DNA of 64,000 nt, taken from positions 276,130-340,129 of the forward strand of contig NW_002060975.1 in the NCBI RefSeq assembly GCF_000150275.1, given 5' to 3'. Numbering within the stretch: the stretch's first letter is position 1; the number at the start of each line of letters is the position of its first letter. The DNA is from Trichoplax adhaerens (lineage: Eukaryota > Animalia > Placozoa). The notes under the pieces are model-generated. The model searched no databases. It saw only the letters and a list, made by a program, of their open reading frames with translations, and had not been told where the DNA came from. Shown here in pieces: positions 28,399 through 41,900 of the stretch. A program made the position numbers and the translations under genes.

Positions 28399-28927
28399 GC
28401 TATATTCCAGAGCTTTGCATATTCAGTTCGTTCAATAAAGTATTAATAATATCCCTTAAGCAAGCAATGGCTACTTTTTGTTTGCACCATTTATCAAGTG
28501 GACAACTTGATTTTCCCTTATTAGATGGACAGTAATGAGTCATAATACTGTTGATTATGACGCCACGAAACAGTAATAACCAGTAGTACTGGACTCTACG
28601 CGGGTAATTTATCGTCTATATACAATAAGTTCAGTATTAGAGTAACAAAGCTTAGACTGGAATCCTGTTTTGTTTGAACTAGGACATCCCATGAGTCATA
28701 CTTTTTTACAGTGAAAAAATGGACCACTATTATAACGTTAGAATGCTTCTGACTCATCCATTCAATCCTTTGAAGCCTACTACTGACATGCAGCTAGGAT
28801 AGCTTTGTAGTTCTTCCTAATCTGGTTGTCAATCTGACGTTACAACTTATTGATCTATACTGTACAGTAATAATTGCAGTAGTAGTCTACAGTACAAAGA
28901 AGAAATAATCACTTTATTGGTCACTGC

Positions 28928-29290
28928 ATGGGTTAAAGGGGGATAGAATTTGTCCATGGATTACCACCATTTCGCGGTTTAGTTGGATGAATAGTATCAT
29001 CTCATAAACGTATTCAAGATTCAGGAAATGCACCCCATACGTGGTAAATGGGTTAAAGGGGGATAGAATTTATCCATGGATTACCACCATTTCGCGGTTT
29101 AGTTGGATGAATAGTATCATCTCATAAACGTATTCAAGATTCAGGAAATGCACCCCATACGTGGTAAATGGGTTAAAGGGGGATAGAATTTGTCCATGGA
29201 TTACCACCATTTCGCGGTTTAGTTGGATGAATAGTATCATCTCATAAACGTATTCAAGATTCAGGAAATGCACCCCATACGTTGGTAAAT
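28928..29290. repeat. Near-perfect 120-bp tandem repeat, 3 copies
   Basis: atgggttaaagggggatagaatt...caccccatacgtggtaa x3, with one substitution (29072) and one extra T (about 29282). Confidence 0.97.
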
Positions 29291-30134
29291 GCGAGTTGCA
29301 GCGGTACGCGTATGAGAAGATTGACTTCTTTTCGATTCCGTTAAGGGCCTAAAAATGAAATTTATTTTCTGCAGTGATTTCAGTCTAAATTCAGGCATAT
29401 AGTGGGAATCAGTGCTATGGCCTAAGGCACACTCTTCTAAAACCTGTCTGTAAAATCCTATTATGAACAGTATTGTAGTGATGGGCGAAGTAGAATTATT
29501 TGTAAATCAAATAGGTCGAGCTCTTTTTATGCGAAAGTACATTACTTTTGTTTTAGAGGAGATTGCTTTTGCGGCCTTTTTAATGCTGTACGTGCGTGTA
29601 TTATTTATTTACTGTATTGATATATACTTTAATATTCGCGTAGTCGGTAGGCCAGATTGAATAGACCCATGATGTAGTACGCATTTCAGTCGTATACAGA
29701 TTTACGTATGATCATTGGTGAGTAGGGCCGGCCCTATGATAGAGATCAAAGAGAAAATTTTCCCATTACTTTCACTGCACTGAGTGAGGAATCTTTTCCA
29801 GCAGCTTGTTACGTTGTTTGTCCAATTTATCCCGTATTATTGATTGATTGAATTCTTTTTTCTTTTCTACGGTAAACGACATATACTGTATACTTGTGTA
29901 TGGTATGGAAGATTGAGTAGTCCATAGTCCATTGAATAATTTTGTCTCTATTTTTGAGTGTATACTGTATACTGTATACACTATAGTTAATTGATTGATA
30001 TTTTCATAGTTTATGATACAGTAGGAAAAGCAAGGATAAGTGACTATGAGCAATGAACATGAAATTCAAGCGTGTTGGATAAGGGCAGTAAAAAGAGACC
30101 AAGTCGAGAGGGAAAGAGTGCAGTATAGTGGCCA

Positions 30135-31005
30135 TTGCACTATTTCACGAAGGGCTGCAGTAGCCTTGAAGTATTGGGAAGTTTTTACAGTACAGTACTG
30201 TACTGTCTGTAGGTTGACTACTAGTGCGTCCTCTACGACAGACGGACGTTACGACAGACGTGCCCTTTTTGAATAGTCAAATGACTGGCTTCAGTTTGAG
30301 AAGCAGCTTGAAAAGGAGATTTTCTAGATTCGTTCTTAGAGTAGTACAGTACAGTACTATTTCACGGAGGGCTATAGTACAGTAGGCTTGAAGACCACTT
30401 GTACAGAGTATTGGAAGTTTTTACAGTTTTTACAGCACATTACTGTCTGGCAGGTTGGATAGTGCGTCGTCAACGACAGACGGACGGACGCACCCTTTTT
30501 GGACAGTCAATTGACTGGCTACAGTTTGAGAAGCAGCTTGAAAAGGAGATTCTCTACATTCGTTCTTACAGTAGTACAGCACTATTTGACGGAGGGCTAC
30601 CAGTAGGCTTGAAGACCACTTGTGCAGCGTGCAGTACAGTATTGGAAGTTTTTACAGCACATCACTGTCTGGTAGGTTGGATAGTGCGTCCTCGACGACA
30701 GACGGACACACCCTTTTTGGACAGTCAAATGACTGGCTACAGCTTGGGAAGCAGCTTGAAAAGGAGATTCTCTACATTCTTTCTTACAGTAGTACTATTT
30801 TGACGGAGGGCTACAGTAGGCTTGAAGACCACTTTGTGCAGTGTACAGTACTGTAGTTTTGTCAATTCTGGTATTGAAAATCACTCTACGACAGACAGAC
30901 GTCATGACAGACATACCCTATTTGGACAGTCAAATGACTAGCTCCAGTTTGAGAAGCAGCTTGAAAAGGAGATTCTCTACAGTACATGCGTTCTTACAGT
31001 AGTAA
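30135..31005. repeat. Degenerate tandem repeat, about 4 copies of 205-230 bp
   Basis: Core cagtttgagaagcagcttgaaaaggagattctcta recurs at about 30292, 30522, 30740 and 30944. Confidence 0.92.
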
Positions 31006-31215
31006 AGTGAGATATGTGATAAGATAGCAATGGAATCCTTGCCTCATTGAACTAGAATATGAAATGACTGAAATAGTACTCCATGGACTCTATTCTATCT
31101 GATCAAGTCGACCCACTCGCTTTCCACTGTAGAGTCCCGTAAGGAGGGAGGACTGGACGCGTCCGAGGTTCGGTTCCACTGGCGTGCTTGTCCAAGCCCC
31201 TGCCTTGGGATTTAT

Positions 31216-31512
31216 CACGTGGCCATCGCTGGGCCCTTCCCGTCAGGCTTTGTGTTATCACGTGCCTAGTCAGGTGGTCAGGGAGAAAAAGGAGGCAAAG
31301 AAAAAAAAAAAAATTCCCTGCCAACTGATACTGACTGTGTGATGGCCTATTTTGCAGTGGTTACGTAGGCCAGGTGGGTGACCGCCGCCATGACAGTTGA
31401 GTGGAGACCGTGTTGATCTCAGTTGGCTTCACATGACCAGTGGTCACCACATGATCAAGTTGAGGTTTTTTAGGCGCGTCTATTGGCATTTTTAACTTGG
31501 TCCCACATGACC
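31216..31512. promoter_or_regulatory. E-box cluster upstream of and at the start of USF
   Basis: CACGTG at 31216 and 31259 (both TTATCACGTG). CACATG at 31430, 31448 and 31504 (two as CACATGACC). CAGGTG at 31271 and 31371. Confidence 0.6.
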
Positions 31513-34500
31513 TCTGCAAGTGGATTACAACTTAATCTAGATGCCTCCTCGTTGGAGGTGAGTGGAGCAGGAGCAGTAGTTAGTAATCAAGAACAAAAGC
31601 CTAGAATGGATAATAAAGTCAATGAAAGTAATGTACAAGTTGGAAATGCATCGACAACTGCAACAAGCAATCAAGGAGGAAATGACGATGAACGAAGTAA
31701 TAGTAATGTAGCGATGGCGAATGATGGTAGTAACAATGGCAGTGCATCGACTGGCCAAGTCCAATATGGTGAGCATAGCATCCAATATTCTACGATGCAT
31801 TTTCCTAGTCAACATCCTACAGCAGGCAATGCAAGTGGACAAGTTCAAGGCAATCCGTTATTTAATGGTGGCCATCAACATGCTCGAGTGTTAACGACAG
31901 CTGAACAAGACGGCAATGCCAACGCAGCTCCTGTGGTCTACGCTGCACAACATCAACCTGGGCAAAATATCACCGCTCAGACAGTCATTCAAAGCCAATT
32001 TTCTTCCACACCTCCTGCATCATCATTAGCTGAAAGTAATGAAGCAAGATATAGCTATTTCGCTCCACAAACCGACCGAGTTTCACCCAATGCTGCTGCG
32101 GCGGCTGCTGCTGCTGCTGCTGGTAAATTTTCAACCTAGTTCAATACAAAATTGTATAGTCTAGCATTGTAGTTGGAGAGATGCAAGATAAATCGTCTAT
32201 TTTTCTCTCTACTCGATGATAGCGCACACAACATCAGCTACAACGCTTGACTTGTTTACTTGACTCTTGAATGAGCACATTAGCAATTGCAATTAGCTAC
32301 AGTAGACAAGGACACGTCTTCAGTCTTATATCAACTATCCTTTTTTGGTTATCAACTTGTCGTCTCGCTAGCCAGACGAAAAAAAATTACCCTTTTTCCC
32401 ATTTTCTCTCATCCTCGTCTACTCTATCATGGTGGATTGAATTTTTTTTTTTTTCAATATATCAAGAATAATGTCTAATCCTAGCTATTACAAGTTAAAT
32501 AGCCTAGGCTCAATAGTATCCTATACAACAAATAGTCTTAATTTAATGGTCGATTGTAGAATAGAGTGTATCTAGCTATCACGCAGTGATGGATAGTCAC
32601 TAGTCAGTCGATTGGGCTAATTAATTAGGTCTATCTTTCTACCTTCATGGGTTGAACGAATAACTGAAAGTACATCATTGCTCTTTTCGAACCCTGATAC
32701 CGTCTTACTTGTATTAGTATCCAAGCTCTGTCCGTTGAATAGGCCCAAGAACTGTATTGAACCTGCCGTAGTCATCATGTATTCAATTCTTTGTCAAAGA
32801 CTAGCTTTTTCATCCTTTGACCTTTCTGACTTGGGGTAGAAAATAATCATTTTATGGCCAAAAGTAGCAGATTGTAGCTTAGTATCAACTTGCCATCAAT
32901 TAAATCTTGCATCAATAATCACCCCAAATTATTACACCTTGTAGCATTCGACTAAAATTGAATCATTAGTTGTGTTTTCAATCTTTCTAACGTTCAGACT
33001 TTTTAGACGATTTGTCATAATGGCATGAAAACTTTTATTATCCCATGACAACCCATTCAATCTGCAATGGAATGCCTTGATATTAATATTATTTTTTTTC
33101 AGCTGTTCAAACTCCATGGGTATTTCGGTTGCGCTAGAAATAAGACCACTTTCCCTCTACTACATGATTGTTGTGATGGCGTGAAAACAAACGTTACTAT
33201 TGCATACCTACGTATTCAGCATGCAATTGAATGCCCTTGATGTTTTTTTCTAGACTTTGTTACTGTACTATATACTGCCAGGTTATTTTGATGGCGTTAG
33301 AACTGGATCACAAGGTCAGTGGTGTAATTTTCCGTTACATGTAAGCATAGATTACTACAAGTCATACCCTCGACAGGGTTTCCCATTGCCACTGGAATAG
33401 AATATCACAATTTCGCAAGGCCAGTGTTGTTATTTTCCATACCAGTAGTCTGGAATGACATTCAAGCCAATCTTTACTATAGAAAGGGGATAATATGTGA
33501 CAGAATTAAAACCGGTTGTAGTTGATGATAACTGTGCTAACCAGATTGATCTCCTACCGTTATGATATGGTCGCTAAAAAGAATCGGCATTGCGATATTT
33601 AAGCACATATTGTACATTTTACTGAGTAATTCATGGATGATAAACTATTTCATGTGAAAAGCTACTCAATTGCTGTAGCACTTGATTTAACGACATGATT
33701 TTGCAACCTTTTCTTTGCGCTGAAATTGGAGAAGATCAAGTACTTATCAATACGTAGACTCTAATTTTACCCTTCCTTGATCAATCGAACTCATTTAGCC
33801 ATACGAATTTAACGGTGCAAGTGAACAATACTGTTTAGCTGATGATTTAGTACATAGACTGTAACTTTTGCCCTTCCTTGATCGACCAAACTCATTTAGC
33901 GACAACCATGGACTACTCGAACGCCTCGTATTCGAGTAGTCCATGGCGAAACTATTTCAACGGTATAACATATTTTTAAATAATACGGTTTAGCTTATGA
34001 TATAGTACGTAGACTGCAACGTTACTCTGTCTTGATCAACCGAACACAGTTAATGAAACTAATTCAACGGTGCAAGATGTTTTTACTAATGCTAATACTA
34101 TCTTCTGACTAATCTAAGGTATTATAATTATTATTATTATTATTATTGTATCATAATGGGATGTCTAGAAATGGAACAATTGCAATAGCTGTAATATGAT
34201 TATTATTACTGTATCGGAATAATGATGCCTGATCATCATATTGCAAGCTCTCGTAAGATATTTTTCGTATATGTAATTATTGAAACCGAAAATACTCGCT
34301 TCAGTATCGAAAAAGCTTTCCTGAAGCAATTTCATCTTTTTAACTGTTGTACAAAACGGTCTCGACAACGAAATGGCAATGATAATTTAAAATAATCAAC
34401 GATACTTTATCTAGTAAAACATAATTTTGATCGAATATTTCAACTATAGATGGTGACTGTAGTTATAATCGGCACGACTTAGTATACGATTATAGTTTAT

Positions 34501-37264
34501 CACCGATAAAATACTTTATGTTGGATAGTCGTTTCAAGCTTTACAAGTGAATATTCTATGTTGTAATAATTACAAATTAAATGAGATGGCAATGCTTGTA
34601 AAAGTGACAAAAACTAAGAGAGATTTTAGCGCGAATCATGGCAATATTTACGTGGAAACTTGTATAGCCCAGTCTGCAAGATAGTAGTAAAGTTGTTTTC
34701 AATCGATTAACAATGTAAAGGCTGTATACATCTATGGAGAAAAAATGATAGCAATACGTGATAGATTTCATTTTTGGGGGGACAGTCTACCCGTCATTCT
34801 AATTTTAAACTTGAAAGACTGTCATCGTTTTATTTAATCTAATAGTAATAGCATGAATAATTTGGATGCCAGCGATGGACGTGTATCCTCTCATATTCAC
34901 AATGCCACAGATTTCATTTCTTCTCTTGACGAATTCGATTTAACAGTGTTGTAATCCTATGCCATTCATTTTAAATGATATTCTTTCAGTATGGCCCACT
35001 GTACTATTTTGCCCTTTTATGTTATCATGATCGCCTTTCATGCTTTCGACAATCTTTCCATTGATATTATTATTTCTGATGTATTTGGAGAGTATTTAAT
35101 ACGCAAAATAGAACGATCGAAATTGTTCAGGAAGGAATTAAAATAGTAGCAGCGACAATATCGTTGATAACTTTATCTTCGCATCTTAATGAATTAATTA
35201 GGAGATACACTGTCTAGTCTTGTCGAGAAAGTGTTGAATAGTTTACAAATTGCATTGATTATTAGAAAAGGTTTATTGCGAATGTACAGTACAGTGTCGA
35301 ATCCTAGTGTTGCACTATTTGCAATATACTAAGCTGTCAGTGTTGAACATTTTTGGGGGTCTTCTTAGCTTGCTTTTAACTTGGTTCAAGAAAATCTTTC
35401 ATCCTTATTAATTAAAGTAATCTGTTAAGCATTTTATTTATATGTTCTATGTACCTACTTGTCATCTGTCATATTTATGATACTGTACAATCACTGCTTA
35501 AGGTTAGAAGCTTCTCTAACGTTGATGAATTTCAATCTATAGACCTAGTTTTTATACAAAGTTGCATGAAATTTTATTTTGAATCAATCAATTTTAATTA
35601 TGAATGGGCAATGAAAATTACTCTGTCTTCCTAATTTCGGAACTATATCTAGACTGATCAAAAATTTTTAGTTGACGAATTTGGATCTATAGACCTGGTT
35701 TTTATATAAAGTTGTATGAAATTTTATTATCAATCAATCAATCAATTGTAATAATAATTAATGGACAATGAAAATTGCTCTTACTAATTTCGGGACTATT
35801 TTTAGACTGATCAAAAATTTTGACTTTAGTCAATTTCCAGTAAATTGGATTCTTTGCTTCCGCTACGTTTTACCCTAAATTCAATTCATCATTAAATGTC
35901 CTCATTGTACGCTATAATATGACATTGGAAAAGTGTAGCGATTGTGTATCTACTATGCAACTTCCTTATCTTGATTAATCTCAGATTAATAGCACTAATG
36001 AAGCTTACAATACAATATTGAATGTATGGAAATATAATGTCAAGAAATTGAAAGGGGTTTATTTTGATTCTTCTTTATATTGTAGCTGGACAATACTACG
36101 TAATGATGCCACAGCAGCCTCAAGATCTTGCCCAAGCTGCAAATCAAAGATCTATTGCGCCGCGTGTCCCTATTCCAGCGTAAGTTTATCATTCGTGATA
36201 ACTATATTACGCCACTATATTTTGATTGAAAAATCGAAATAGCGTAATTGTTTTATATGAATTATATATTAGAAATAAAATGTATCGATGTTTAGTGTCT
36301 ATTATTTCGCTCGTAAGTTACTAAAGACTGTACAGTATACATTACACAGCTAAGATTGTTATAGAAAATATAAACTCTTGGAATTTCTAAATCAGGATTG
36401 CTATCAGATGGTACCTCATTTTGTCAACATACAGATAATAGTATGATAGAAAAAGTTTCATTATGCATCTTTTACCTACTATACTAACATTATGATGTGT
36501 ATCATTCACCGATCTTAACAACTTAGCTGCAATGAATAGGCAACGTAGATCTATGAAATTTATGTAAAGTAATTACGTAATCGTAAAACAGTGATTGTTT
36601 CTATGGATGCTAAGCTAGCATTAAAAATTTTGCTATTGATACTTTATTTTATAGAAACAAGTTAGATCAACCTCGTACACCTAGAGATGAACGACGACGA
36701 GCAACACATAACGAAGGTGGTTATCTTAATGAATTCCAATCTAAATTAATAAACATTTATTATCAGTAATTAGGCAATAAAAGTGATATAAAGTAATATA
36801 TTTGACTAACTGTAATATGCTATTATTGAATTTATTTTTAGTTGAAAGAAGACGTCGCGATAAGATAAATACTTGGATTAATAGACTAGCTAAGCTTGTT
36901 CCAAATGCCGAAGGCGATCACTCAAAACAAGGCCAAGTGGTAGTAAATCCTTAAAGTGATATTACTATTTATTTTTTATCAATACTGTAGTTTCTTTATT
37001 TTATGTTACAGTAACAGCGTTTCATCTCTTAATTTATGGACGACTTTACTTTAATAGAGTAAGGGAGCCATCTTGCAAAGAACCGTGGACTATATTAACG
37101 AATTGGTAGATAAAAGCCATATGGTGAACAAGAAATCCGAAGAGATACACCAATTGATGGTTGATGTCGAAGTACTTAGACAACAAGTTGGCGAATTACG
37201 CAAATTAAACACTTTATATCTTACACAGTTGCAACAAAGCGGCATTGATCCAGCCCATCCATAA
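31507..37264 (+). CDS. USF: Upstream stimulatory factor (USF1/2-type bHLH-ZIP transcription factor)
   Basis: Exons 31507-32122, 36086-36179 (GQYYVMM...QRSIAPR, the USF-specific region), 36655-36716, 36842-36936 (or 36939), 37058-37264. Basic region RDERRRATHNEVERRRRDKINTWI, then SKGAILQRTVDYINEL and a leucine zipper. Start codon choice is uncertain. Confidence 0.93.
33754..34080. repeat. Three degenerate copies of an about 100-bp unit in USF intron 1; copy 2 carries a hairpin insert
   Basis: tagact...cttgatc..c.aac...aacggt recurs at about 33755, 33855 and 34010. Confidence 0.8.
33906..33946. mobile_element. 41-bp perfect hairpin insert (16-bp arms), MITE-like
   Basis: CCATGGACTACTCGAA-cgcctcgta-TTCGAGTAGTCCATGG; absent from the two sister repeat copies. 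Confidence 0.55.
35521..35822. repeat. Tandem duplication, 2 x about 150 bp, in USF intron 1
   Basis: gttga(t/c)gaattt...atctatagacct...ctaatttcgg..ctat..tagactgatcaaaaattttt occurs twice. Confidence 0.9.
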
Positions 37265-38933
37265 ATTATGATACTTGATCTATGCCCTGTTGTCATCGTA
37301 GTTAGCTAGTCAACATTGGAACAAAAGGAAAGGAAAATTTTTGCTTTATTCGCTAAGATATGTTCCTCCAACAGTTACCAAGACTACAACAATCATTTAT
37401 ATCAAGCTTATTTTAGCAGTCGTTTCACATTACTTGTACAGCAACAACATACCACTAGATTACTATTATTATGTTACGTTTTAAATTAGATTGCAGTACT
37501 GTAAATTGACGATCATATTTCTAAAATCTATATTTCCAACATTCACCGATGGTTTATCTATCTACACTAACTGGTGAATAATTTTACTATTGTGCTAGTT
37601 ATTAGGTGCTAAGTGCAGTTATTTCCTGTCCAGCATTTCATTGCGTTCTAACATAATATAGCGTAATCTCGTATATAATTTTAATTATCTTGTTATTCAT
37701 AGCAAATTAAGCGTAGTGATAATACCATTCACTCTATTGTTACTGAACTGTATTATCATACCATTCTTGTTTCATCTAATGTTATACGTGCCTGTAGAAA
37801 ATTAGAATTGATCTAATTTTGCAAAATTTTACATGTTGCAATCCGTATTATTGATAAAGCCACGTTAATGAGAATCACTCGCTGGTCCAGTACTATTAAC
37901 GCGGCTAACGTAGTTTTACGGTATTTTGATTGCATTCTGTATGAAACAGTATCATTTAATCATCTCGACAAGCGGATAACTGTTATTTGTGTAGATTGTA
38001 ACAAGCTCTGATATTGCCGCTGATAATCTGTTCGAGAAATTTATTTATGGCATTGGATGCAATTACTTAGACATGTATCTATCTACAATGTGTTTGTATA
38101 GGTTTATACCAAAATTACAAATGGAACTGTTATGTTTGCCATTTCAATGATACTGAAATGAATTAATTTTGAAACAAAAGTGATGCGTCTTTCATGATGT
38201 TAAATTTTTTTACTTTGATGTAATTTTCTATTTTTACTTTGTTAATTATTGGAAAAATAGTACGTGTTGTATTTACAGACATACTATACTATAAAAATTT
38301 CGAAGTTGATGTAATCACTGGGGTCAGAAATATTCCAAAGCAGTTAATGTAAACAGAGTAGCAATGTTGTTTCAAGCAGTAACTTGCTATTTGGCAAAGG
38401 GATAAAATAGATATTTAATAGGTTTTCATATCAATTTAATGTATAAGAATATAGTTAATGAATCAATCAAAAATTTCGAAAGTGTATTTCTCTGTAGCAT
38501 TGTAACGTCGGCAACGTTCTGGTAACCTTAATAACTTAACTCAATTGACATTGCTGATTACTACACAGTATCAGTGATCGCGCTGAAAAACAGCAAATAT
38601 TTTACCGAACACATTAAACAGATAGAAAAAGCCTTACGCTAGTGGAATTTCTATAAAGTCAATCTACATAACATCAATAATGTCAATAATATGAATGCAA
38701 TATTACTAGAATTTGATGAGATAGCATACAACGTGTGCACATTTCTATAAAGCATAACAGGATTAGAAATTTGCTCGACCAAAAAATACAACAGTACAAA
38801 CCATTATGTACAGTGGCTAGTAAATATCGTGTCACATTTACAATATTTTACGTTCATTTAATAATATCTTACATCAATTAGACATTCGCAGTTGCAAAGT
38901 TTACTTGAAAGAAGATTACAAGCAATTTCATAG

Positions 38934-41900
38934 CTATTGTCCATTACCGTTACCATCGTTTCCTGACAACATTGGCTGTTTTTCTGGGACTGTAGAATCA
39001 GTTGGAAAATTTATATCAACCGAAGCAGCTGAAGTAATTTTAGCAATTTTGGCGCTATCATCGTCTTGAGATTGCTCTCCTTTACGTTTTCTTCCATTTT
39101 CATATTCAAAATCTTCTTTCTATCGCAATAGACAAAAAAAAATTCTTAGATACGAAAGATACCGATTCATTTTATGATTTGATGGCCAGTAATAGTTTCT
39201 ATCAGATATACCTCCAGTAAACTCAATCCAAAATTTTCCATTTCGTCCATTTCAGGGACAACAGGTAATGAAACCAAGTGTTCGCTTTCCGAATCTTCAC
39301 CACTGCAATGTGTATTTGACATTAGGATGATATTATGGTAGATAAACAACTTACTGTATATCATCTCTTATACATAAACAATATTATATTACTCATATCA
39401 TTAGTGGATAAATTAATCCGGTAATTTACTCGTAATTTATACCTGCTATCCAGAAAAGGGACATCGTCAACTGTCGTTATATCGACTTCTGTTTCTTCGC
39501 CGTCTCCATCATTGGATGGAGCTTTTGTCGATTTATCTTCATCCTCCTGTTTTGAAATAGTATCGTATGTTTAGCTACATTCTTAATGGTTCAATTTAAA
39601 TGCGGCTCGTAAATACGTCGTAATCAGCTTCAGAAGATATTGACTCACAATATCAAATTCATCTTCTTTCTCAGAATACTCTACATTTTCATCCAGCTCT
39701 TTAAAGTCGGGTGCAAAGGCACTCCAGCTTTCTACTAAACTATGCGACCAAATGGAAATAACCCCACTAGCAATGGAAGAAATGATGGCACGAAGTGGAT
39801 GCCAAGCAATGTCTAAAATAGTTTCCCCCTTGGTACCATTCAGTATTTTAACTAAAGTGCCATCACTCGTTCTCCAAATTGAAAGGGCATGTTGCCTAGC
39901 GGAACCTGTTATATGCCAATTTAAGATACAAAATCTGGCGCATTAAATACACCAAAATAAATCTTTAGGGCCATAACAATGTCTTATACCTGCTACGATA
40001 TAGTTTCCATCTCCTGAAAAGCAGCATTTCTTCCATTGGGTTCTGTTTACTAGATCTTGCAATTTTTGTATTGATTCCGGCTCTCTACCCTCATAATCCG
40101 CGGCCGACAAGACAATCTCGCTGTCATATACACGAATCACTCGATCCGATGAATTAACTAGAAAGACGCTGTAGATTTGGTAGTCATTTTCAAAGAAGTT
40201 AATAAATTGAGTTTAAAATCATAGTGTCTAATCTGTACCATTTATATGCTACAGATTAAAAAATTAACGTCAATAGGAGTATGCAAATAAATGTTGTCAT
40301 CTTTCATAACCTGCCCGTTGGTGAAAATTCAATTGATTTCACCGAAGTTGAACTAGTCCCAGTAGTAATTCGAAATGAAACAATTATCTAATGAAATCAT
40401 TGTACGCGGTTTGATGAGTAAATTTGTTCTTAGTCATTATTAAGGTAGTCAGAACAACAATTACACTACGCATTAACAATTTTACCTTTCGTGTTTCTGC
40501 TTCAATGACCATAATCTGTAACATGCAAGCAAAGGAGATATGTAAGCTGTGACATGTAAAAGCCGTTAGGGTATCTGAATGATTTCATATTCAAAAATAA
40601 TCAACTTACTTTGCCTTTTGCATTGCCCGTATAGATATTTTCACCTTTTCTATCGAAAGATGCTACAATGTTTTGCTCAGACTGTATAGATCGCATCATT
40701 GGGTCCAATATAGCATGTTTCCATACAAGTGCGTGTATATGGATAAGACAATATTTTCGGTTTAAATTAGATATTTAATAACTGTAGCATTGCCGATAAT
40801 TTTAGCTGTAAGATATCCTCGTGAGAAATTAAAGTAAACTACACTTACAAACCTCGCTATCAAATGGTAGAATATGATGAGTAGCGTCTTTCATGTCAAT
40901 CAAAACTGGAGCATGTTTTAAAGAACAGGCCAAGATTTGATTTCTAATGTTTATGAAAGAGATTTACATAAAAATTGGTCAACGTTTCAGGTAGGCCGAT
41001 TTAATACAAACATGCCAATTTATGAATAATACATGTACAATACTCTGCGGTAGTAAAAGTAATCATGTATGGCAATTTACTATATTCACGAGTAGATACA
41101 GGCTATAGAATATTATGCTGGTTTAGATGTTCTGATAATGGAACTTTAGCTGGAAAAATTCAATCGTTGTCACTTGAATCATCGGCATGGGCCTTCGTGT
41201 AATGTATGTTTTTTGGTTAACTCAATTTACATTGACAGTACGACTTTCTATAGAATTCTACCTGTTCATCTACAACATCATCAATCATTGATAGGTATTA
41301 TTCTTAACTTACTTATTCCTAGGATTAAATTGGACTTTTGTTAATGGACCCGGAAAGCGATACTGTTTGTCGCATTCCCCAGATAGTACATCCCATATGC
41401 CAACTGTCCAATCTGTTGATGCGCTGACTAGCTGTCGTCCATTCCTACTCCAACTATGAGGAAATCAAGTTTTGATTAGCAATCCTCTACTTTAAATTAA
41501 CATAGGTGTTACGTTGGTTATGAGTTGAACGATAGCATATAGTCTAACAGTTGTGTGAAGTGATACTATGTAGATGATTTGAAATTATTCAGTTGGATTT
41601 AGACAGAAACGTTATTTTATACTATTTTCATGGTTTCAAGTTACCTGACAGAACATACAGGATGAACATGAGCAGTGATAATCTTTGCAATACTTCGTGT
41701 AATGAAATCCCACAAGACTAATCTACCATCATTACAACCTACAGCTAATAAAGTACCCATTCGATTGAAGGAACATGTAAGAGAGCCACTGGCAGAATCC
41801 AGAGTACCATCGTGTTCCTTAGAAGCGTCAATGAATGAGCCATTTTTAGTTTATCAAATCAAAACATGAATATTCCTAATTCAATGAATTTATTTCACAA

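Noticed and set aside
28928-29290. 120-bp repeat as 5S rRNA, CRISPR array, hammerhead ribozyme or coding repeat (ORF 29070-29273)
   Set aside because: No 5S similarity recognised, no unique spacers and no CUGANGA core on either strand. The ORF is a by-product of the unit length and is broken by a stop in one copy.
30040-30856. ORFs at 30040, 30399 and 30620
   Set aside because: They are translations of the degenerate tandem repeat, and frames shift between copies.
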